From positions 5,451 through 29,450 of the forward strand of contig SLKC01000042.1 of assembly GCA_007134775.1 (NCBI GenBank): a stretch of DNA of 24,000 nt, in the 5' to 3' direction. The notes below the pieces were generated by a model. That model saw only the letters and a list, made by a program, of their open reading frames with translations, was not told where the DNA came from and made no database searches. Positions 17,825-24,000 of the stretch are shown here, piece after piece; the stretch's first letter is position 1, and every line of letters starts with the position of its first letter. The translations under genes were made by a program, and so were the position numbers. This DNA comes from Ectothiorhodospiraceae bacterium (GTDB lineage Bacteria > Pseudomonadota > Gammaproteobacteria > XJ16 > Halofilaceae).

Positions 17825-18514
17825 ATGCAGGTATTCCGATTCGCCCGTCTGCACCGGTTTCCGGTCCTTTTCGCTGCAGTCGTGCTGGTTTGCGGCCTCG
17901 TGATGCCTGTGACGGCGCTGGCCGAGGAGCGCCCGAATCCGGAGGACGCGAAGGCGTTGGTGCAGGAGACGACCGAACAGCTGCTCGCGATCCTGCGCGA
18001 GCAGGCGGAAGAGGGTGACATCGATGTGGACTTTCTGCAGTCCAAGGTCGACGAGATGGTCAAGCCGCATCTCGACTTCCCGACGATGACGCGTCTCGCT
18101 GTGGGACGCCACTGGCGTAATGCGACGGACGAGCAGAAGATCGCGCTGGTCGACGAGTTCCGCACGCTGATCACGCGGACCTACTCCGCCGCCCTGGAGC
18201 AGGTCGAGGACTACGATGGCCAGCGCATCGAGTTCCTGCCGCTGCGCGAGGGCGATCGCGATGACCGCGTCCAGGTGCGTTCGGTTGTGGTCCAGCCGGA
18301 CGGGCCGGATATCCCGGTGAACTACGGGCTGCGCTACACCGGCGGCGAGTGGAAACTCTACGATGTGATTGTCGACGGTATCAGCCTGGTCACCACTTAC
18401 CGCTCCGGGTTCGGCACCCTAGTCAGTCGCGAGGGGATCGACGGCCTGATCGAGGACCTGCGGAAGAAGAACGAGCGCGGTGAGGCCGAGGTACCCGAGA
18501 TCGATGCCGGCTGA
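17825..18514 (+). CDS. mlaC: Periplasmic phospholipid-binding protein MlaC (Tgt2/MlaC family)
   Basis: The ATG at 17825 lies 7 nt after AGGAGG (the track start at 17798 has no SD). Signal peptide ...VLVCGLVMPVTALA. The motif FPTMTRLAVGRHWRNATDEQK is typical of the family. Confidence 0.88.
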   Translation: MQVFRFARLHRFPVLFAAVVLVCGLVMPVTALAEERPNPEDAKALVQETTEQLLAILREQAEEGDIDVDFLQSKVDEMVKPHLDFPTMTRLAVGRHWRNATDEQKIALVDEFRTLITRTYSAALEQVEDYDGQRIEFLPLREGDRDDRVQVRSVVVQPDGPDIPVNYGLRYTGGEWKLYDVIVDGISLVTTYRSGFGTLVSREGIDGLIEDLRKKNERGEAEVPEIDAG

Positions 18515-18800
18515 ACTGCTCCCGGCCGAGGGCAACGTGGTACGGATCGCCGGGACCCTCGACTTCGCCTCGGTCACGGCGCTGTACCGGCAGACCGACG
18601 CGCTGTTCACGGGCCGTGAGTACCTGGTCCTCGACGGGGGCGCCATCGACCAGGGCAGCAGTGCCGGGGTCGCGCTGTTGCTCGAGTGGCTCGCTGAGGC
18701 GCACCGGCGCGGATGCACACTGGTTTTCCGCGGACTCCCAGAATCACTGCTCGCGGTGGCCCGTCTGGCTGGTGTGGAACACCTCCTTACGAGCGATTGA
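18504..18800 (+). CDS. mlaB: STAS-domain protein MlaB
   Basis: 98 aa from the ATG at 18504, which overlaps the mlaC 3' end by 11 nt. The size matches E. coli MlaB. STAS-like region LDGGAIDQGSSAGVALLLEW. Position is conserved. Confidence 0.8.
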   Translation: MPAELLPAEGNVVRIAGTLDFASVTALYRQTDALFTGREYLVLDGGAIDQGSSAGVALLLEWLAEAHRRGCTLVFRGLPESLLAVARLAGVEHLLTSD

Positions 18801-18866
18801 GCCTTGCCGCCTTGCTCCGGTTGAGCTGGACCGGCGTTCAGGAGCACCCTCGCAGTAGCCCCGGCG

Positions 18867-20201
<1,335 letters not shown>

Positions 20202-20211
20202 GGTGACAGCG

Positions 20212-20856
20212 ATGAGCCGGCCACTGACCATCGCCCTGTCAAAGGGTAGAATCCTGGAGCAAACGCTGCCGCTGCTGGCGGCGGCGGGTATCGAACCCGC
20301 CGAGGATCCGCAGAGCAGCCGTCGCCTGGTGCTCCCGACGAACCGTGACGACGTGGAGATCGTGATCGTGCGCGCCTCGGACGTACCCACGTATGTCCAG
20401 TATGGTGCAGCGGCTGTCGGTATCGCGGGGAAGGATGTCCTGGTCGAGCACGGTGGCGAGGGCCTCTATGAGCCACTCGATCTCGGGATTGCCCGCTGTC
20501 GCCTGATGCTCGCCGGGCCGGCCGAGCCGCCACCGGTGCCACCGCGGCGCCCGCGGGTGGCGACCAAGTACGTGCGCAGTACGCGCCGCTATTTTGCGGG
20601 TCAGGGGCGACAGGTCGAGATCATCAAGCTCTACGGTTCGATGGAGCTCGCACCGCTGGTGGGGCTGTCGGACTGGATCGTCGACCTGGTCGATACCGGG
20701 GGGACGCTGCGGGCGAATGGACTTGCGCCGTATGAGACGATTGCCGACATTACGAGCCGCCTGATCGTCAACAAGGCGGCGATGAAGACGCGCCATGGCC
20801 CGATCCGCGCCCTGGTCGATGCGTTGCGTGATGCCGTGGACGCGCGCGCTGCCTGA
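20212..20856 (+). CDS. hisG: ATP phosphoribosyltransferase, short (HisZ-dependent) form
   Basis: 214 aa from the ATG at 20212, 10 nt after the murA stop, with AGGTGA upstream. Motifs [22 protein letters not shown] and [14 protein letters not shown]. There is no C-terminal regulatory domain, so it is the short form. Confidence 0.93.
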   Translation: MSRPLTIALSKGRILEQTLPLLAAAGIEPAEDPQSSRRLVLPTNRDDVEIVIVRASDVPTYVQYGAAAVGIAGKDVLVEHGGEGLYEPLDLGIARCRLMLAGPAEPPPVPPRRPRVATKYVRSTRRYFAGQGRQVEIIKLYGSMELAPLVGLSDWIVDLVDTGGTLRANGLAPYETIADITSRLIVNKAAMKTRHGPIRALVDALRDAVDARAA

Positions 20857-20911
20857 TGGGGCCGGCGGCGCGGCGGATATTCCTCCTTTCCAGCACTATC
20901 AGGGGTTGTCG

Positions 20912-21958
20912 ATGAAGTATCAGACCGGAGATCTCCGTATCGAGGCCATCAACGAACTCGTGCCACCGGGCGACATGACGCCTGCGAGTGAACACGCCAG
21001 CGAGACCGTGCATTCCGGACGCGAGCAGATCCACGAAATCATGGACGGTGAAGATGATCGTGTTGTCGTCATCGTCGGTCCCTGCTCGATCCACGATTCC
21101 GACGCGGCCCGCGATTACGGTCGGCGTCTGCAGTCGATCCGCCAGGAGCTGGCCGACGACCTGCTGATCGTGATGCGAGTCTATTTCGAGAAGCCACGGA
21201 CCACGGTGGGCTGGAAGGGACTGATCAACGACCCCGGTCTCGATGGTAGCTTCCGCATCAATGACGGGCTGCAGACCGCGCGCCAGCTCCTGCTCGATCT
21301 CGCCGAGATGGATCTGCCCGTTGGCACCGAGTTCCTCGACCTGATCAGTCCCCAGTATGTGGCCGATCTGATCTCCTGGGGGGCGATCGGCGCGCGCACA
21401 ACCGAATCACAGGTACACCGTGAACTCGCCTCCGGGCTCTCCTGTCCGGTCGGATTCAAGAACGGCACCGACGGAAATATCCAGGTCGCGGTCGACGCGA
21501 TCCGCTCGGCGTCACAGCCGCACCATTTCCTCGGGGTGACCCAGAAGGGACGGTCGGCCATTGTGTCGACCACGGGCAATTCCTACTGCCATGTGATCCT
21601 GCGCGGTGGCAAGCAGCCGAATTATGACGCTTCGAGTGTCGATGATACCGCGGAGATGCTGAGCGGTGCCGGCCTGCCGGCGCGGATCATGATCGACGCC
21701 AGTCACGCGAACTCCCGCAAGAAGCCTGATCGCCAGGCCGACGTCGCCCGCGACATCGCCCACCAGATCAGCCGCGGCGATCGGCGCATCTTCGGCATGA
21801 TGCTGGAGAGCCATCTCGTCGAGGGCAATCAGTCCGCCGATGGTGACGACCTGGTCTACGGTCAGAGTATCACCGACGCCTGCATGGGGTGGGAGCGTAC
21901 GGAGCCGCTGCTGCGAGAGATTGCCGAGGCCGTCCGCGCTCGGCGAGCGGCCGGCTAA
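20912..21958 (+). CDS. 3-deoxy-7-phosphoheptulonate (DAHP) synthase, class I (AroF/G/H type; isozyme not assignable)
   Basis: 348 aa from the ATG at 20912. Motifs VIVGPCSIHD, RVYFEKPRTTVGWKGLINDP, IGARTTESQVHRELASGLSCPVGFKNGTDG. The track ORF is over-extended into hisG. Confidence 0.93.
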   Translation: MKYQTGDLRIEAINELVPPGDMTPASEHASETVHSGREQIHEIMDGEDDRVVVIVGPCSIHDSDAARDYGRRLQSIRQELADDLLIVMRVYFEKPRTTVGWKGLINDPGLDGSFRINDGLQTARQLLLDLAEMDLPVGTEFLDLISPQYVADLISWGAIGARTTESQVHRELASGLSCPVGFKNGTDGNIQVAVDAIRSASQPHHFLGVTQKGRSAIVSTTGNSYCHVILRGGKQPNYDASSVDDTAEMLSGAGLPARIMIDASHANSRKKPDRQADVARDIAHQISRGDRRIFGMMLESHLVEGNQSADGDDLVYGQSITDACMGWERTEPLLREIAEAVRARRAAG

Positions 21959-21981
21959 ACCGTTTCTGTCCCGACTCGTCG

Positions 21982-22008
21982 CCGGCCGAGGCGGGTTCGC
22001 CCGGCCGG
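21982..22008. terminator. Imperfect GC-rich hairpin between the convergent DAHP synthase and methyltransferase genes
   Basis: CCGGCCGAGGCG-ggtt-CGCCCGGCCGG, with one bulged base. It lies in the 69-bp convergent spacer. No U-tract. Confidence 0.35.
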
Positions 22009-22027
22009 GGCGGGGCCAGGCCGCGGT

Positions 22028-22669
22028 TTATGCGGCTTCGCGCAGCCGGGAGCGGGGCTCGCGGCTCGCGCGCAGCAGGGTCCAGTAGCCGAACAGGTTC
22101 ACCGACTGCGTCTCCCGGATATCGAGATCATTGCGCTCGACGAACTCTTCGAGTTCGAAGTCGGGGCGGAAACCCACCAGCCGCGATAGCGGCGACAGCG
22201 CCTTCTCGCAGGTGCGCAGAATCGGGTTCGCACTGCGGAAGTGGTTGACGACGAAGAGATCACCGTTCGGCTGGCAGACCCGCCGCATCTCGTCGACGAC
22301 GCGTTCGGGCTCCGGGGCGACCGAGAGCACGTACATGGCCACGACGTGGTCGAAGCAGTTGTCCGTGAACCGCATGTCGGCGGCATCCATTTCCGCGAGC
22401 GTCACGTTGGGCAGCTCCAGGCGCTCGACGCGGTCCTCGGCCAGTTCAATCATCTCGGGGGAGAGGTCGATACCGGTCACGTGGACACCCTCGGGGTACT
22501 CGGGCAGCGAGAGGCCTGTGCCGACTCCCACTTCCAGCACGTGATCGCCGGGCTGTATATCCATTTTCCCGATGGCGGTTCGGCGACCGTGGTGGAAGAT
22601 CGCCCCGAATACCAGGTCGTAGCGCCGCCCGTAGCGGCGGTAGGCATCACGTACTCCGTCGATATCCAT
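22028..22669 (-). CDS. Class I SAM-dependent methyltransferase, resembling Rhodobacter-type phospholipid N-methyltransferase (PmtA)
   Basis: 213 aa from the ATG at 22669, preceded by GGGAGGA (the track start at 22717 is a TTG). SAM motif I is VLEVGVGTG. Also has YVLSVAPEPERVVDEMRRVCQPNGDLFVVNHF. The CDS call is confident. The PmtA assignment comes from remembered similarity only. Confidence 0.8.
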   Translation of the reverse strand: MDIDGVRDAYRRYGRRYDLVFGAIFHHGRRTAIGKMDIQPGDHVLEVGVGTGLSLPEYPEGVHVTGIDLSPEMIELAEDRVERLELPNVTLAEMDAADMRFTDNCFDHVVAMYVLSVAPEPERVVDEMRRVCQPNGDLFVVNHFRSANPILRTCEKALSPLSRLVGFRPDFELEEFVERNDLDIRETQSVNLFGYWTLLRASREPRSRLREAA

Positions 22670-22781
22670 GGATCCTCCCGCGCAGCGCGTATGCCCTTGC
22701 GGTTGCTTGTTGTTCAAGGGGCAAGAGGCTAACCCGCGAACGGCCGCAGTGACCAGCCCGATCGTCGATCGGTGTCGGCGT

Positions 22782-23345
22782 CTACGCTGTGGGGCGATCC
22801 GCTTGCCATCCCTGTTCGGGCGCCAGGCGCTCCGCGACTTCGCGGTGCACGGCGGCGTCGCGCTCGCCGAAGAGCACGAACCGCGCCAGCCCCACGTGGC
22901 GGCAGCCGGGGAGGGCGTCGAACAGGGTGTGCAGGGCGACCGCGGCGGCCTCTTCCAACGGATAGCCGAACGCGCCAGTACTCAGCGCCGGAAATCCGAT
23001 GGCAGTGGCTTCCACCTCATCAGCGCGGGCCAGGCTTTCACGATAGCACTGCGCAAGCAGTTCCGCCGCCGGTTCGTCACGGCCATAGACCGGCCCGACG
23101 GTGTGGACGATCCAGCGTGCGGGCAGGGCGAAGCCTTTCGTGATCTTCGCTTCCCCGGTGGCGCAGCCCCCGAGGGTCCGGCACTGCTCCCACAGCTCGG
23201 GGCCGGCCGCGCGGTGGATCGCCCCGGCGACGCCGCCGCCCGGGGCGAGCTGCGCGTTCGCCGCGTTGACCACGGCGTCGAGGTGTTGGGCGGTAATGTC
23301 ACCGGTGATGATTTCGAGCGCACTCTCCGACTTTCGCCAGCGCAT
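22782..23345 (-). CDS. Macro-domain protein (YmdB-like O-acetyl-ADP-ribose deacetylase)
   Basis: 187 aa from the ATG at 23345, preceded by AGGAG. Motifs GDITAQHLDAVVNAANAQLAPGGGVAGAIHRAAGP, IVHTVGPVY and FPALSTGAFGYP. The track ORF 22782..23564 is over-extended and runs through the tRNA gene. Confidence 0.85.
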   Translation of the reverse strand: MRWRKSESALEIITGDITAQHLDAVVNAANAQLAPGGGVAGAIHRAAGPELWEQCRTLGGCATGEAKITKGFALPARWIVHTVGPVYGRDEPAAELLAQCYRESLARADEVEATAIGFPALSTGAFGYPLEEAAAVALHTLFDALPGCRHVGLARFVLFGERDAAVHREVAERLAPEQGWQADRPTA

Positions 23346-23373
23346 GGGGGCTCCTGTCCACCGCACCCCGGTC

Positions 23374-23403
23374 ATTATCGCGTCCAGCGTGGCGCCTCGT
23401 CGA
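23374..23403 (-). promoter_or_regulatory. Candidate sigma-70 promoter for the macro-domain gene
   Basis: The reverse strand reads TCGACG-N18-GATAAT. The -10 box ends 28 nt upstream of the ATG at 23345. Confidence 0.35.
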
Positions 23404-23419
23404 GCCGGGCGGGACTGGC

Positions 23420-23449
23420 TTGGCGCGTGGCACGGCGTTGCGCTAGAAT
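23420..23449 (+). promoter_or_regulatory. Candidate sigma-70 promoter for tRNA-Glu
   Basis: TTGGCG-N18-TAGAAT lies about 77 nt upstream of the mature tRNA 5' end, back to back with the macro-gene promoter candidate. Confidence 0.3.
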
Positions 23450-23525
23450 CGCGCTCGCTGCAGCCGCCATGGCCGGTGAGGCGTGTCGATCCTTCACTGC
23501 TGTCCGGGATTGGCAGACAAGATCC

Positions 23526-23601
23526 GTCCCCATCGTCTAGTGGCCGAGGACTCCGCCCTCTCAAGGCGGCAACAGGGGTTCGAATCCCCTTGGGGACGCC
23601 A
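23526..23601 (+). tRNA. tRNA-Glu, anticodon CUC, 3' CCA genomically encoded
   Basis: GTCCCCATCGTCTAGTGGCCGAGGACTCCGCCCTCTCAAGGCGGCAACAGGGGTTCGAATCCCCTTGGGGACGCCA folds by hand into a cloverleaf. Acceptor stem GTCCCCA/TGGGGAC, anticodon stem CCGCC/GGCGG with loop CTCTCAA (anticodon CTC at 23560..23562), T arm AGGGG-TTCGAAT-CCCCT. It is near-identical in architecture to E. coli tRNA-Glu. Confidence 0.93.
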
Positions 23602-23606
23602 AATCC

Positions 23607-23634
23607 ATGGGGCCCGGTCGCTGCCGGGCCCCAT
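23607..23634. terminator. Perfect 11-bp GC-rich hairpin between tRNA-Glu and the convergent gene (candidate bidirectional terminator or processing element)
   Basis: ATGGGGCCCGG-tcgctg-CCGGGCCCCAT begins 6 nt after the tRNA CCA end and lies 33 nt from the convergent stop codon. No clear U-tract on either strand (ttcgtat only). Confidence 0.5.
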
Positions 23635-23666
23635 TCGTATCCAACTGCGCTACTTGCCGCTTACCA

Positions 23667-24000
23667 CTATATTCCGCAGTCCGGGCCGACCCCGTAGGCG
23701 CCCTCGATCCCGCCCGGCGGCGTAACATCGGTGTCATCGACGTCGTCGGCGAGGATGCGCAGCACGAAGGCCCGTGAGCGCTTGCGCTGGGTGAAGCCAT
23801 CGAACTGGACCGCCGCCTCGAGGCGCACGATGACCCAGGGCGCCTCGCTGCGCGGATAGCTCAGATCGAAATCGGCCTCGCCGTCCTCGTCCGTGGTTAC
23901 CGTGCCGGGCTGGACCGCCGGGTCGGTCGGTCGCTGGGCATCCGGATGTTCTACCGCGCCCTCCAGCAGATTTTCCGGTACCGCGGGGAAGATGGAATCG
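23667..24000 (-). CDS. Hypothetical protein, C-terminal 110 aa only (5' end beyond the window)
   Basis: Not in the ORF track because it is edge-truncated. The reverse frame from base 23999 is stop-free to the TAG at 23669..23667: ...TVTTDEDGEADFDLSYPRSEAPWVIVRLEAAVQFDGFTQRKRSRAFVLRILADDVDDTDVTPPGGIEGAYGVGPDCGI. It has strong GC3 bias. The beta-rich acidic pattern is reminiscent of Ig-like surface protein C-termini, but no family is assigned. Confidence 0.5.
   Translation of the reverse strand, partial: DSIFPAVPENLLEGAVEHPDAQRPTDPAVQPGTVTTDEDGEADFDLSYPRSEAPWVIVRLEAAVQFDGFTQRKRSRAFVLRILADDVDDTDVTPPGGIEGAYGVGPDCGI

Noticed and set aside
22758-22772. 15-nt palindrome CCGATCGTCGATCGG just downstream of the macro-gene stop
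   Set aside because: It is short with a one-base centre, so it gives a poor RNA hairpin. It occurs as a single copy, and CGATCG-type palindromes arise easily in GC-rich DNA. A terminator or operator role cannot be supported.
22028-23345. Macro-domain gene plus neighbouring methyltransferase as a DarTG-like toxin-antitoxin or ADP-ribosylation defence pair
   Set aside because: The macro protein is a plain YmdB-type single domain with no DarG-like C-terminal part. The neighbour is a small SAM methyltransferase, not a DarT (DUF4433) or ART toxin. The genes are 112 bp apart and flanked by housekeeping genes.
23428-23442. Sigma-54-like -24/-12 element TGGCACGGCGTTGCG upstream of tRNA-Glu
   Set aside because: The GG to GC spacing is 9 nt, not the strictly required 10. 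It overlaps a better sigma-70-type candidate, and no enhancer-binding context is evident. My by-eye scan of other TGGCA or TGCCA sites in the window found none with correct GG-N10-GC spacing in an intergenic position.
22782-23564. Over-extended track ORFs (for example macro-domain 22782..23564, also 3543..4379, 5250..5864, 5533..6129, 8394..8867, 11015..11893, 16366..17304, 20089..20856, 20795..21958)
   Set aside because: The upstream extensions overlap neighbouring genes, or in one case the tRNA-Glu gene. They lack family similarity. Internal starts with Shine-Dalgarno sequences reproduce the expected protein lengths.
23526-24000. tRNA-Glu as the integration site of a genomic island
   Set aside because: There is no integrase and no direct repeat of the tRNA 3' end downstream. 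I saw no compositional shift in the 400 bp available. The downstream gene has the same GC3 bias as the core genes.

Overview
High-GC (roughly two-thirds G+C by eye) gammaproteobacterial core chromosome, densely coded on both strands. I saw no IS or transposon, integrase, CRISPR array, rRNA or compositionally foreign island. Gene order, left to right: minus strand, TPR protein <- AlaX-type tRNA-editing protein <- proS, then a DUF4124 periplasmic protein. Plus strand, an AI-2E (PerM-like) transporter. Next comes a long minus-strand envelope and sigma-54 supercluster, transcribed right to left: mlaA-yrbG-kdsD-kdsC-lptC-lptA-lptB-rpoN-hpf-ptsN-hprK-rapZ-EIIA(Man)-HPr. Divergent from it on the plus strand is mlaF-mlaE-mlaD-mlaC-mlaB-murA-hisG-DAHP synthase. 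The right end holds a minus-strand macro-domain protein and a PmtA-like SAM methyltransferase, a stand-alone tRNA-Glu(CUC), and the 3' end of a convergent unknown gene. The backbone synteny (mlaFEDCB-murA-hisG divergent from kdsD-kdsC-lptCAB-rpoN-hpf-ptsN-rapZ-npr) is the one I know from Pseudomonas and enterics. Several proteins carry strongly acidic tails or linkers (LptA, MlaA, PerM, DUF4124, RpoN region II). Together with the GC content this suggests a halophilic Ectothiorhodospiraceae-like host, which is inference only. Notes on the ORF track: it renders GTG and TTG starts as M. Many entries are N-terminally over-extended, and I trimmed those to the conserved start. Many others are antisense shadow ORFs typical of high-GC DNA. 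It also misses two edge-truncated genes (1..878 and 23667..24000, both minus strand). Honest bottom line: I could not find a convincing previously undescribed system. The findings are organisational variants of known modules: an HprK and EIIA-Man expanded regulatory PTS, mlaA joined to the mla/lpt locus, proS coupled to alaX, loss of ibaG, and hisG next to an aro gene. There is also a putative phospholipid N-methyltransferase and some candidate regulatory signals. All functional calls rest on motif and family recognition by eye. No database search was run.
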